Shown here in pieces: positions 52,595-62,705 of a stretch of 64,000 bases of DNA (positions within the stretch are counted from its first letter, which is position 1; every line of letters begins with the position of its first letter). The notes below the pieces were generated by a model. It was not told the DNA's origin. It made no database searches and worked only from the letters and a program-made list of their open reading frames with translations. Location: contig CBDHDF010000011.1 of NCBI GenBank assembly GCA_965261545.1, positions 192,001-256,000 of the forward strand. Reading direction: 5' to 3'. A program made the position numbers and the translations under genes. Source of the DNA: Bdellovibrionales bacterium. GTDB lineage: Bacteria; Bdellovibrionota; Bdellovibrionia; Bdellovibrionales; UBA1609.

Positions 52595-53977
52595 TCACTC
52601 TTGCCCCCCATCGATAATGGTCCAGCCCTTTCCCCTTAAGCTTGCATAAGCTAATGCAGCACTGGAGTTATATTTTAATGTGCCCACATTAATTTCAGTA
52701 GATCTTGTTGTAGGCGTGCTTTTGTTGAATTGTATTAGAAATTTTGAATAATTTTCAATGGATAAAGATGAATAGTTAAGGAAGCTGGTTTGGTCGGAAA
52801 TGTTCGTAAAGTTCCACTTACCTACATCTGGGTTCGCTTGGGTTGCATAATAAAACATATATTCCATATTTGTGACCTTAGAAGTATCCCACTTACTTAC
52901 ATCTGGGTTCGCTTGGGTTGCATTTTCAAACATATATCCCATATTTGTGACCTTAGAAATATCCCACTTACTTACATCTGGGTTCGCTTGGGTTGCATCA
53001 AAAAACATAGCACTCATATCTGTGACACTGGAAGTATCCCACTTACTTACATCTGGGTTCGCTTGGGTTGCATCAAAAAACATATAACGCATATGTATGA
53101 CATTGGAAGTATCCCACTCACTTGTATCTGGGTTTGCTTGGGTTGCATCAAAAAACATAGCTCTCATATCTGTGACCTTGGAAGTATTTCCTCCAAAGAC
53201 TGTTTTGAGCAAAGAATTGTCTGAAAAAGCATAGGACAAATCTTTCCATCCTACATTTCCAAGATCGTTCACCTGAAGTAAACTATCTTTTGAAGAATCC
53301 ACGTTATTTTGGAATCCCTCACAAAGACCCATAATTGTGATTGTATACACTCCATCGATAAAGTAGGTATGTACCTTATCGGGATCATCAAAAGACGTCA
53401 CTTCACTGACACCACTGTTATCTCCCCAATCCACAATAAAATCATATTTTAAATTTGATTTAAGGGGAAGGGTAAATTTATCTTTACTATCGATAGTCCA
53501 TACTGTTACAAAATGATGGATATCATTGACGACAGCAACACTTTGTGTGTCCTCTCCATGTGTCACTGTGACTATGATTTCGTCTGATGTTGTTTGGCTC
53601 ACATCGAAAGTTCCTGTAAAGATATTGGAACTGCAAGGCACTTCTACAGAAGTGATTTGAGGTTCTCCAACAACCACCGACACGTTTCCATTCATATTTG
53701 AATCACAGATTCCTTGTATCGTGTAGGACCTTGAATTGGATGAATGAAGGGAGGCCAATGGTTCATTGATACTTAGTGTGGGGCGCTCACTCGGTATCGG
53801 GTTGGAGTTCGACGTGGGAGCCGTGTTCGACGTAGGAGTGGTGCTCGAAGTAGGAGAGGTAACAATACTTTCTTGATTTTGCTTGTCGCTATCGTTCTTC
53901 TTGCAACCGATAAGGATTGTCAAAGATAAGGTGAGTAAAATTTCATGGATTGTCTTCATTTTTTTGTTGTTTCTCAT
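52595..53977 (-). CDS. BspA/DUF285 leucine-rich-repeat surface lipoprotein
   Basis: Lipobox LIGC; PKD-like VDWGD; about five 25-aa WDTSxVTxMxxMF repeats (75-bp repeats ~52812-53187). Confidence 0.9.
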   Translation of the reverse strand: MRNNKKMKTIHEILLTLSLTILIGCKKNDSDKQNQESIVTSPTSSTTPTSNTAPTSNSNPIPSERPTLSINEPLASLHSSNSRSYTIQGICDSNMNGNVSVVVGEPQITSVEVPCSSNIFTGTFDVSQTTSDEIIVTVTHGEDTQSVAVVNDIHHFVTVWTIDSKDKFTLPLKSNLKYDFIVDWGDNSGVSEVTSFDDPDKVHTYFIDGVYTITIMGLCEGFQNNVDSSKDSLLQVNDLGNVGWKDLSYAFSDNSLLKTVFGGNTSKVTDMRAMFFDATQANPDTSEWDTSNVIHMRYMFFDATQANPDVSKWDTSSVTDMSAMFFDATQANPDVSKWDISKVTNMGYMFENATQANPDVSKWDTSKVTNMEYMFYYATQANPDVGKWNFTNISDQTSFLNYSSLSIENYSKFLIQFNKSTPTTRSTEINVGTLKYNSSAALAYASLRGKGWTIIDGGQE

Positions 53978-54152
53978 TTTCTACCTTGATCTTCAAAGAA
54001 GGAACTTGTTCCGTTACTACTTCTACTAAATAGTTCGGTAAATTGTTTGGTTGAGTGAAGTCAAAGTATGATGATTTAAGATGAGAAATATGCATAGTAA
54101 TTTCATTCTAGTACGATTTTTTCCCAAGAAATACGAATCTGTCCTGGCGACT

Positions 54153-55220
54153 TTATGCTATATTGGCGATATTGGGTTCAAATGAGGTAATTTTTCCACC
54201 TAAGTGTTCTTTCTTATTGAAATTAACTTGAGTTTGAGAGTGCTTACTTGATGTCCTTGGTATTTTTCCATGGAGCCCTTGATGTGGGCGATAGTGATTG
54301 TAGTAGTTTTGATATTCTCTAGAGATTCTTTGAGCTTGTAAAAGGTTGATGGGAATAACATTTTTAAATGCTTCTGATTTTAGGGAGCCATGAAATCTCT
54401 CTACAACTCCATTTTTATGAGGAGCATTGTAAGGTATTCGTTTTAACTTTATCTTGAAATAGTCTTTTAGCATCTTTTCAAAAGAAGTTTGGAATATTGA
54501 ATCATTGTCACAGATACACAGGGTAGGATAGTCATCTCTGTCAAAAAAAGCATTTCTGAATTGCTGTTTAATCCACTGGAAGTCTGGGTTATAGGTTACG
54601 TTGATAAAGATTAATTCCCTTGTATCTAAATCAATTATTATAAAGATGCACAACTGATGTCCCATCAATGAAATTAATGATGTAAAGTCAATGCCAATTT
54701 TAAATTTATGATTATTGATAAATTCGCTCCAAGAAGGCCCTCGAATGGGAGGGTTATGATTGAGACCATAAAATTCAAGATACTTTAAAACAGTTTTTTT
54801 AGATGCTTTATGACCTATCTTTGAGAGTTCATCAGAGATTTTTTGGGCTCCCCATTTTGTATTTAGTCTTTTCATTTCTAATATAAGGGAAATGGTGGCT
54901 CGCTCCAAGGGCTTCCGACCTTTACTATTTGGGGACCAAATGATTCGGAGACTTCTATTGGCTAAAACCCATTTTCTCAAAAAAAGATGAATGGGCCATG
55001 GGGAAGAATAGTAAAAGTATACCTCAATAAGTGCTTCATTAAAATATCTGAAATATGATTGGATGGATTGACAAATTTTTCTTAGAAACGGAGACATGAA
55101 TAGCGTTTTAACACATTGGGGGCCAAGGGGACAGATATTTGTATTATTCAATAAGCTTATAAAAATTAATGGGTTAGAATTTGTCATCAGCACAGGCCGC
55201 AAGATAATTGCGGCCTCCAA
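54153..55220 (-). CDS. Integrase-core (rve; IS3/IS481-like) transposase
   Basis: WGAQKISDEL; IDF; CDND; NGVVERFHGSLKSE; YYNHYRPHQGL; start uncertain. Confidence 0.8.
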   Translation of the reverse strand: MEAAIILRPVLMTNSNPLIFISLLNNTNICPLGPQCVKTLFMSPFLRKICQSIQSYFRYFNEALIEVYFYYSSPWPIHLFLRKWVLANRSLRIIWSPNSKGRKPLERATISLILEMKRLNTKWGAQKISDELSKIGHKASKKTVLKYLEFYGLNHNPPIRGPSWSEFINNHKFKIGIDFTSLISLMGHQLCIFIIIDLDTRELIFINVTYNPDFQWIKQQFRNAFFDRDDYPTLCICDNDSIFQTSFEKMLKDYFKIKLKRIPYNAPHKNGVVERFHGSLKSEAFKNVIPINLLQAQRISREYQNYYNHYRPHQGLHGKIPRTSSKHSQTQVNFNKKEHLGGKITSFEPNIANIA

Positions 55221-55254
55221 ATATTAGAGAGGATTTTGGTGGTCTAAATGAGGG

Positions 55255-55929
55255 TCAGGCAATAAGTGATTCAAGGTTTTCACAGGCGGAGAGTTTATTC
55301 CACAGGTCGTAGACTACTGCTCTGGAGCAGCCCATAAGTGCAATTGCTTCTACTGGAGTCTTAACAATTTTAGCAGACTTTAAATATACTAAGTCAGACC
55401 TATATGTTGGACCTACAAGGACTCGCAATCTTAACCAAGCGTTGTTTTCAACTATAGACGCTTTGGTGAAAAACTTTCGCTCAGGAGGAATGTGACCATC
55501 AAGCATCTTCACTTTAAATTTTAGAAAGTCTTTGTCTAGGCCGTACTGTTTAAGCAGATAGGGGTCAAAATTTGCTTTTGGAACATCTACAATTTTAGAG
55601 CGACCCGTGTTGAGCTTCCCAGTGATCAGAGAATACCTTTTGTCGCCCTTCATATGTAGCTTGTGACAGATTCCTTTTAGAAGAATCTTTTCTTCTACAC
55701 TTAAATCTTGTGCCAAGGAAAACAGTCGCTCAACATGAATCAAGTCATAAATTCTGTGGACAAGAACACCAACTAGCATTTGAAAAATATCTGGTTTATC
55801 CCAGTACAATCGCAATGAACTCAAAATGGTATTCTCTGGGTCTGCGACTTTAACAGGTCGTTTTATGGCATATGCACAGCCTAACGAAACCAAATCCCGA
55901 AGATAAGGCTGTATCTCTTTATCTTTCAC
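55255..55929 (-). CDS. Hypothetical partner of the nucleotidyltransferase
   Basis: Overlaps the stop of the NTase gene; C-terminal HTH-like segment. Confidence 0.7.
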   Translation of the reverse strand: MKDKEIQPYLRDLVSLGCAYAIKRPVKVADPENTILSSLRLYWDKPDIFQMLVGVLVHRIYDLIHVERLFSLAQDLSVEEKILLKGICHKLHMKGDKRYSLITGKLNTGRSKIVDVPKANFDPYLLKQYGLDKDFLKFKVKMLDGHIPPERKFFTKASIVENNAWLRLRVLVGPTYRSDLVYLKSAKIVKTPVEAIALMGCSRAVVYDLWNKLSACENLESLIA

Positions 55930-56482
55930 GGCTTATCTTCTTGTTTTTTGGACTTAAGATCTCTCTTTCTAGTTCTTCTACTCGATCTTTAAACAGTTGT
56001 GAGTCGTTGTTAGATAACAAATGCTTTTTCGCACCGTTAATCTCAGCCTTAGACGGCTTTAAAGATAGTAGATCATCCAGGTCATTTTTATCTCTCTGAG
56101 CTGCAGCGTGAAGCTTCGAAAAAATCATGTCACTTCGGCCCAGGACTTTAACTTTAAGATTTTGAGCTTTTATATGGAGCTTTGTTCTTTCTTCCCAACC
56201 GTTAGGAAGTTCACTGGCAAATGCTGTCGCGGAGCTATTTAGCCATCCGTAACTCAATCCGTGTTTTTCACCTACTGCCATCGCGGCTTTGAAAAGTGGA
56301 GAGTCAATTTCTGGATCTATCAAATCTATATCTACTGTTTGTCGGTTTATTTTATTAAGAGCAATTAGCGCACTGGCACCGACCACTACAATCTCGTAGG
56401 ATTCCCCAGCTTTGCCTAGCTCAGTATCTAAATCTAAAATAAGTTCCTTAAAAATCTTATTGTCTATCACACCAAACACCAT
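55919..56482 (-). CDS. DUF6036/AbiEii-like nucleotidyltransferase
   Basis: VVVGASAL...RQTVDIDL; GWLN; SKLHA...RDKNDLDDL. Confidence 0.75.
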   Translation of the reverse strand: MVFGVIDNKIFKELILDLDTELGKAGESYEIVVVGASALIALNKINRQTVDIDLIDPEIDSPLFKAAMAVGEKHGLSYGWLNSSATAFASELPNGWEERTKLHIKAQNLKVKVLGRSDMIFSKLHAAAQRDKNDLDDLLSLKPSKAEINGAKKHLLSNNDSQLFKDRVEELEREILSPKNKKISRER

Positions 56483-56620
56483 ATCACGTCTTGTATGGAA
56501 TATCCAGACAAAACTATAAATAGCTAAAATTACTGATTCCGATAGGGTGTCGGCCATCAGCGGCCATCAACTCTTGCACAAGTTCTACCTCAATTAATTT
56601 CCACAGATTAAAAGTAGAAG

Positions 56621-56709
56621 AGCTACCTAAAAGTATCCAGCACAGGCTAGTTAAATCAATATATTGGAATTTCTCCCCATCACAGCTGCCTAAAAGTATC
56701 CAGCACAGG
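56621..56709. repeat. 26-bp direct repeat x2 (agctRcctaaaagtatccagcacagg), 37-bp spacer
   Basis: Seen directly. Confidence 0.8.
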
Positions 56710-57193
56710 TATATTATGTAAACTATGTGTCAGGAAGGACACTTAGGAAAGGAGTTTCATGAAAATGTTTATGTTTTCGTGACGGATTCAAGTAAAATGG
56801 ACATATATTACTTGATTAAATCCAAATAAATGGCTATTTATCGCTTTATAGACATTTTCATCAAGTAAATACTCATATTCTTACTTGACATACCGATTCA
56901 TATATTGGTACACTATGAAATAGGAGCCGACTCTATGATTAATGGAATGGGAATAGGAAGGATAAAAGGTCTTTTTTAGAAATCCGCAAAGCATGTCAGT
57001 AGAAACTGCAGAGGCCAGCGAAGACTCCAATAGGATTTTTGGGCTTAATTGATGGTTTAGAGTGGTGTTGGGCAAAGTTTGAGGAGAATGGGGCCAGAAA
57101 AATATGTTGTTTTGTGGTGTTGAGACGTACCTCTCCATGGACATAGAGGGAGCAGATAATACAGCTCTATGCGTCATTCAGGGTAGTCAGAAG

Positions 57194-58699
57194 TTAAGAA
57201 AATGAATCGAAGCTCTCACTTTGTGGTGGACCTCTAGGAGGCCATAGGCTTGGAGGTTGTGAGGTGATGCCGAGATGAGTAAGAATTTTTTCAATGACCT
57301 GAGGGTCTTCAATGGAAGAAATGACTTTTACTTTTCCACCACACTCATGGCAAGTTTCAATGTCTATATCAAAGACCCTTCTGAGCCTTTGAGCCCAGGT
57401 CATTCCTGAAGATTTTTTCTTGTTTGGCCTTGACTCTGAATCTTCCAAATCTAATGTTTCTTCCCTTGAGTCTTCATCGATGGAGGTTTCGATTTGGAAG
57501 TGAGGGACGATGGAGGATCGATACTTAAAATTGGGAGCGAAAACTCCGTGGAATCTTGTGAGATTCACTCGTGGTCGAGGTATGAGGGAGGCAAGACGGC
57601 TAAGGAAATCAAGGGGGTCCAGAACGATATGAGTGGTTCCATTGTCATAGGCAGTTTTGAGTTTATAGACGACTTGGCCCCTGGCATTTAATGAGAGCCT
57701 TTCCTCACTGAGGCTGGGTCTTGAAATATACCGGCATACCCTCTCTCGCTTTTTTTTCTCATGGTCTCTACATGCGACTCCTCCATGGAGGCTAAAGCCA
57801 GAATATTTGGCGAGAAATTCACTGTTAAAATCTTTACCTCTTGGTGATACAGTGTGAAGAGTCAGTGCTTTTTTCCCTTTGTGAGGACCGAGAGCTATTC
57901 TATAGGTGACTGATGATCCGTGGACTTGGTCCATACTGTCAGAGGCTTCCATAGCCAGATACTCTTGCCCTGTTTCATCCCTTAGGATAAGTCCCTTTTT
58001 TTCTAGGTGCTTGACCACTCTATGAGCTATGCTCACCAAGATGTGATCCATTTCACTTTGGGTGGGTGGAGTTATGGGGTGAAAATGAGGTTTACCTTCG
58101 GGGAATGTGTACACTCCATCCAAATACATCATATGGAAATGAATATTGAGATTGATGCTTCCGCCAAATCGTTGAATGAAGGTAACAGAACCCGTCTTGG
58201 CTCCTGATTTTTTGGTGAGGCCAGCTCTTTTGATCAGGTAGGTGGAAATGGCTCGATGAACGATGGCTAAGACCTCTCCCATGACCTTTGGATTTTTGGC
58301 AAAGAGAAATCTTATTTGAAAAGGAAAGCTAAGGACCCATTGTCGTAGGGGTTTTTGGGGAAAAACTTCATCAACTAAGTGGGCTGCACTTTCAGCCATT
58401 CTTCTTGCGCCGCAGCTTGGGCAGAAGCCTCGACGCTTGCAGCTAAAGGCCACAAGCCTTTCATGGTGGCAAGATTCACACTGGGTTCTCAAGAAACCAT
58501 GGGCAAGAATTCCACACTTGAGAAACTCATCGAATTCTTTTTTAACGAACTGGGGAAGGCCATTTTCATGCTCATTTTCTATGTGCCGGTAGAAAGTGAG
58601 TAGATTTTCTTGCACCAGTTTGTAAAGGAGAGTCTTTTCAGGGCGGTGTCGTTGGTATTTGGGAGCGTTGTTAAAGATATGGGGATCAACAAGGGCCAT
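57194..58699 (-). CDS. IS91-family (rolling-circle, HUH/Y2) transposase, intact
   Basis: Zn finger CESC...SCKRRGFCPSC; HFH; YISRP; the upstream end shared with copy 1 is at 58734. Confidence 0.95.
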   Translation of the reverse strand: MALVDPHIFNNAPKYQRHRPEKTLLYKLVQENLLTFYRHIENEHENGLPQFVKKEFDEFLKCGILAHGFLRTQCESCHHERLVAFSCKRRGFCPSCGARRMAESAAHLVDEVFPQKPLRQWVLSFPFQIRFLFAKNPKVMGEVLAIVHRAISTYLIKRAGLTKKSGAKTGSVTFIQRFGGSINLNIHFHMMYLDGVYTFPEGKPHFHPITPPTQSEMDHILVSIAHRVVKHLEKKGLILRDETGQEYLAMEASDSMDQVHGSSVTYRIALGPHKGKKALTLHTVSPRGKDFNSEFLAKYSGFSLHGGVACRDHEKKKRERVCRYISRPSLSEERLSLNARGQVVYKLKTAYDNGTTHIVLDPLDFLSRLASLIPRPRVNLTRFHGVFAPNFKYRSSIVPHFQIETSIDEDSREETLDLEDSESRPNKKKSSGMTWAQRLRRVFDIDIETCHECGGKVKVISSIEDPQVIEKILTHLGITSQPPSLWPPRGPPQSESFDSFS

Positions 58700-58802
58700 G
58701 GCCTTTGTTGGAAGGCAAATTCAATGCCAACTGTACACCAATTGATAGGTGAGTCGTTGAAAATCTTCTAGTGAAAGATGCGGGCTAAAGAAAACCTAGA
58801 AA

Positions 58803-58819
58803 TGGTCAGCCCGACGGGG
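58803..58819 (-). other. att site: tRNA 3' fragment ccccgtcgggctgacca (tRNA-Pro-like)
   Basis: Ends ACCA with G72/A73; lies 84 bp past the integrase stop. Confidence 0.6.
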
Positions 58820-58903
58820 CAACATGTAAACCACTGTAATTACTTGGTTTTCAAATGCCAAGTCACCCATGAGCACCCAACCTCTCACAGCATAAATCCC
58901 TCT

Positions 58904-60073
58904 TCACGGTACAAACTTCATTCCCAAACTCGATGGCATAGATAGCACATTGTCGGTCATATCTGGTTGCGGCAAACGATAGCCCACCTTTTGAGTGGCT
59001 CCATGTATACTCACACCAGCAAGCCTCAAATACTCATCTGTGGTGGACATTTTGCGATGTCCCACAATGGCCATCACCTTCACCAAAGGCACTCCGTGTG
59101 CCAGCATGTTGGTAATAAATGTGGCCCTGAGATCGTGAAAGCGTATGACTGTAATGCCTATCGCTCTACAAAACGCCCTCAAGACTTGAGCCTGCTCACC
59201 ATGCTCCCATTCCTTCAATCTCGGCAGGAGCAGATCATCAAAAGTCACCTTCTGCCTTAAACGCATATCCCAAAACTCTTGAGAATAGCTTTCTTGTTTA
59301 GCTCTTAAGCCTTTGAGGAAAGCACTCAAGTCATCGTTGATGGGAACCATCCGATTCTCACGGTTCTTCGGGGGAGCAATGCCATCCTTAGATGTCCATT
59401 GCTTGTTGACAGAAATCAAACCCGTTTCCATGTCAATATCTTGCCAACGCATGGCAAACATCTCTCCCGACCTCATCCCTGTCATCAAAGCAAAAACCCA
59501 AACCTTGTAAAACCGATGTTGGCACTTACAAGCTTCTTCCAAAAGAGTTCCAGCTTCTTGAGCATTCAACACTTGTTTTTGAGCTTGAGGGACTTTCACC
59601 TTAATGCTTAGAGCCGGATTCTTGGCGAGAATCCCTTCTTCCACAGCCATTTCAAAGATTCGTTTCACCATCTTTAAAAGATTGCTTTGGTAGCGCTTTG
59701 AGACTCTATCGCCAACATCTTCAAAGAGAAATTTACGAATATCCTGAACATTGATTTCTTCAAGATACTTGTCCATAAACTCTTTGGAAAGCCACTTTTT
59801 GAGCCCACCATCATAACCCATCACAGTGGAAGCTTTATAAGAAAGTCCCATCTTCTTAAGGCATTCTTGGTGCCATTCTCTCCAAGTCCAACGAAGATAT
59901 CCACCCTTAATAAGTTGGTGAAGTTCGTTCTTAAACTGAAATTCAAGTTCTTTTGCTTTTCTTTCTGAAGTTATGCCCTTTTTCTTTCGACTGTGTTGCC
60001 TTCGTCGAGAGTCTTTCATGCGAACAACAACTTCATAAAGTTTTTTTCTATTCTTAATATAAGATCGGATCAT
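58904..60073 (-). CDS. int: Tyrosine integrase
   Basis: TGMRSGE; FHDLR; VGH; TTDEY. Confidence 0.95.
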   Translation of the reverse strand: MIRSYIKNRKKLYEVVVRMKDSRRRQHSRKKKGITSERKAKELEFQFKNELHQLIKGGYLRWTWREWHQECLKKMGLSYKASTVMGYDGGLKKWLSKEFMDKYLEEINVQDIRKFLFEDVGDRVSKRYQSNLLKMVKRIFEMAVEEGILAKNPALSIKVKVPQAQKQVLNAQEAGTLLEEACKCQHRFYKVWVFALMTGMRSGEMFAMRWQDIDMETGLISVNKQWTSKDGIAPPKNRENRMVPINDDLSAFLKGLRAKQESYSQEFWDMRLRQKVTFDDLLLPRLKEWEHGEQAQVLRAFCRAIGITVIRFHDLRATFITNMLAHGVPLVKVMAIVGHRKMSTTDEYLRLAGVSIHGATQKVGYRLPQPDMTDNVLSMPSSLGMKFVP

Positions 60074-60315
60074 GAGTGTCCTCCTTGGTTATGGAGAAAG
60101 CACTCTAAATCTTGCAGCTTGAATCTCAGACGGTTTCCAATTTTATAAGACCGAACCTTTCCACGGCACACCCAAATGCGAAGAGCATTGGGGGTCATCC
60201 GAAGATAGTTCGCAGCCTCTTTTGTTGAAAACCATTTTTGAGGTACTGTTAGTTCATCCAAATTGTCAAAGAACGCATCCCTTTTTGGGATCAGCTTACT
60301 CATTGATAAGCTCAC
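60070..60315 (-). CDS. Excisionase-like HTH protein
   Basis: FSTKEAANYLR...YKIGNRLRF. Confidence 0.85.
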   Translation of the reverse strand: MSLSMSKLIPKRDAFFDNLDELTVPQKWFSTKEAANYLRMTPNALRIWVCRGKVRSYKIGNRLRFKLQDLECFLHNQGGHS

Positions 60316-60407
60316 CTATAGTTATAGGTTGAATACCAATGAAAGGCAACATTTTTTGATATCTATAGTTCAAATAAATACTCAAAAAAATGCAATTCTT
60401 TATGATT

Positions 60408-60779
60408 TCATTCTTCATAATTCACCTCCTCAGAAGGGGCTTTCACAGGCTCTTGGAGAGCTACAGAAGGCTTCTTTTTTGCTCTATAAGATCGCCCCTT
60501 ATTTAATTCATTCACTTGTTTTATAAAGTCCTCTGGAGAGTTCGTGGTGGATAGCAAGTGCTTAATGTAACGCTTCTTATCAAAAAGTTTTTCACTTAAT
60601 CCTTTTTTTTCTTTGGAAAAATATTTTTGAGCGTATCCTATCAAAATCAAACTTGCCACTCGGGACGGTGAGTCCCTCAAGTAAGGGTTCTCTTCCACAA
60701 GAACCCTTATCATCTCATTTAAATGCTCCACAGCTTGCTCATCTATATATAAACGCCCTGTCTTTGTTGCCTTGGCCAT
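60408..60779 (-). CDS. Conserved ICE hypothetical protein
   Basis: Homologous to 16202-16651. Confidence 0.75.
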   Translation of the reverse strand: MAKATKTGRLYIDEQAVEHLNEMIRVLVEENPYLRDSPSRVASLILIGYAQKYFSKEKKGLSEKLFDKKRYIKHLLSTTNSPEDFIKQVNELNKGRSYRAKKKPSVALQEPVKAPSEEVNYEE

Positions 60780-61468
60780 TATTTCACCTCCTTTGTTTTC
60801 ATTATGGTTGGATTCATGGGTCCTAAATTCTTGAGGCCCGTGCCATGACGAGAGCCCCTTGAGCCTGCTCCCATTTTGTGAGACCTCCGAGGTTGTTTCT
60901 TGGAAAAGCCTGTAGGAAATCTTTTGGAAGAACTCTTAGAAGAGTTCTTAGGAAAACTCTTCGGGGGAACCAAGTTAAACTGTGGATACCCAATAAGAGT
61001 CCAAACCCTGTGACCTTCAATGAGCTTCTTTCCATCCTCAGTGGTGTGAGTTTCCACATAATCTTCACGCACCTTGGGACTATTAATGAAGGCCCTCATC
61101 TTTTCCAAATCAGATGAAGAGATTCCATCAATACCATTGGCCCCACTCCATTTATTGACGTCTACACTGGAAGAACTTGGAGAAAGCCCGTAGGACTCAA
61201 GGTTAAAAAGAGTTTCTCGACGAGCACGGCTTTCTCGTTGGTCTATGAACTGGTGGAGAGCATAGCCTGCAACTCCACCTAACAAAGCCCCTGCCATAGC
61301 TCCCCTTACAAGTCTTGGATCATGGGGTCCTTTGGATATGGGAGCCGCTGACACAACCCCCAGACCGACACCCATACCACTTCCTGCAAGAATTGACTTT
61401 TTCATACTTGAACAACCTAAAGCTCCTATTAAAAACGCACACAACATGATTTTTATGACACTTTGAAT
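60779..61468 (-). CDS. Glycine-zipper lipoprotein (probable ATT start)
   Basis: Lipobox ALGC; Gly-zipper; RRETLF matches ICE1 RKETLL. Confidence 0.75.
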   Translation of the reverse strand: MQSVIKIMLCAFLIGALGCSSMKKSILAGSGMGVGLGVVSAAPISKGPHDPRLVRGAMAGALLGGVAGYALHQFIDQRESRARRETLFNLESYGLSPSSSSVDVNKWSGANGIDGISSSDLEKMRAFINSPKVREDYVETHTTEDGKKLIEGHRVWTLIGYPQFNLVPPKSFPKNSSKSSSKRFPTGFSKKQPRRSHKMGAGSRGSRHGTGLKNLGPMNPTIMKTKEVK

Positions 61469-61825
61469 GTGACACCTCCATGGTTTATTTGTGATTTATA
61501 TTCCATAAATATCTTCTTACATGCCTATTTCTATTTCTTTTCTTATGCACTGATTGCATTGACTCTGAATCTTATGACTCTCTAACTACATAACAATAAC
61601 GACTCTTTGTGCAGCCTTCTTCCTCACCTTGGAGGTCTTAAGGCTCCTAAATATAAACGCATACATTATAATTCTTAGTACATCCTGACTTCACACCTCC
61701 AAATTTATCAAACTACTCCAGACTACCCCGGCCCCAATTTTAATCCTGACAAAATTAGAGATGAGTTATTTCATATACTTAGGGCCAAAAACCCCAAAAA
61801 ATTGATCCTGATAATGTAAGTAGAC

Positions 61826-61868
61826 AATCAGGATGCAAATCAGGATGTAATCAAGATATAATCAGGAT
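61826..61868. repeat. Four phased AATCA(G/A)GAT repeats
   Basis: At 61826, 61838, 61849 and 61860; inverted cores at 61743 and 61805. Confidence 0.7.
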
Positions 61869-61925
61869 CACAGTCACGCTCCAAAAAAAATATTCATTGT
61901 TATTCATAGAAATTTTATTTGTTCC

Positions 61926-62705
61926 TCAAGGAAATTTTTCCTGCTGTAAATGGATCTTCAAAATGTGATTATCTGCATCCTTAAGAACAAAAAAATCTTT
62001 CGCCTGCTTCATCTCTTGGTAAGTGACAGCGAAAATCTTTGAACTTCGATCACTACGAACCTCCTTATCAACCTTAAAGATAGATGAACGCAAAGATTCA
62101 GAAGACGTAATATAAAAGACAAAAACGACATTTGAAGAACAGTAGTATTTCAAGAATAAATCGTTATATCTTGACCTACTTTTTGCAGACTGTTCAAACT
62201 CAATGGCTCCTGAAAACTCACCTCCAGTTAGATTTATTCTCAAAAAAGCATCACTGTGACACTCAATAAATGCATCATAATTAAATACCTTACTCCCAAA
62301 AAGCCCTGATTGGAGTTCATTTTCTGTCAAATAATGGACAAGGCCCTTAGCTCTTAAGAACTGCTTTCGGACTTCAACCAATGAAAATTCATGATCTGAA
62401 TTTGCAGACCTAAGCTCCAATCTCTTCGGTTCCACTCCAAAAAGATCACACTTTCCAAGAATCTTATGTGTCAGTTGGTAAGCTGTTCTAGCTCCTTCAA
62501 ACCAAGAGGGAATACCTTTTATAAAACCATACTTAGATAACTTCCTTAATCTCTCATGAACCACTTGCCTAGAAAGTCCTGCAAATACATCCCGGTGGAT
62601 TTGCCAACGAGTGGCCCCCTTGGTGATAAAAAGATATTTTAACAATTCCTTATCTCTATTCGTTAAACGCATCTTATAATGACGACTATTCCCCATGAAT
62701 CTCAA
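61926..62705 (-). CDS. Replic_Relax family protein
   Basis: LTNRDKELL; HEFSLVEVR; DA...AIEFE...KSRSRY. Confidence 0.75.
   Translation of the reverse strand: MRFMGNSRHYKMRLTNRDKELLKYLFITKGATRWQIHRDVFAGLSRQVVHERLRKLSKYGFIKGIPSWFEGARTAYQLTHKILGKCDLFGVEPKRLELRSANSDHEFSLVEVRKQFLRAKGLVHYLTENELQSGLFGSKVFNYDAFIECHSDAFLRINLTGGEFSGAIEFEQSAKSRSRYNDLFLKYYCSSNVVFVFYITSSESLRSSIFKVDKEVRSDRSSKIFAVTYQEMKQAKDFFVLKDADNHILKIHLQQEKFP

Noticed and set aside
52790..53224. Antisense repeat ORFs
   Set aside because: Shadows of the BspA 75-bp repeats.
56621..56709. Mini CRISPR array (26-bp repeat, 37-bp spacer)
   Set aside because: Only two repeats, no cas genes, and the motif matches mobile-element-like ends at ~50860 and ~55185.
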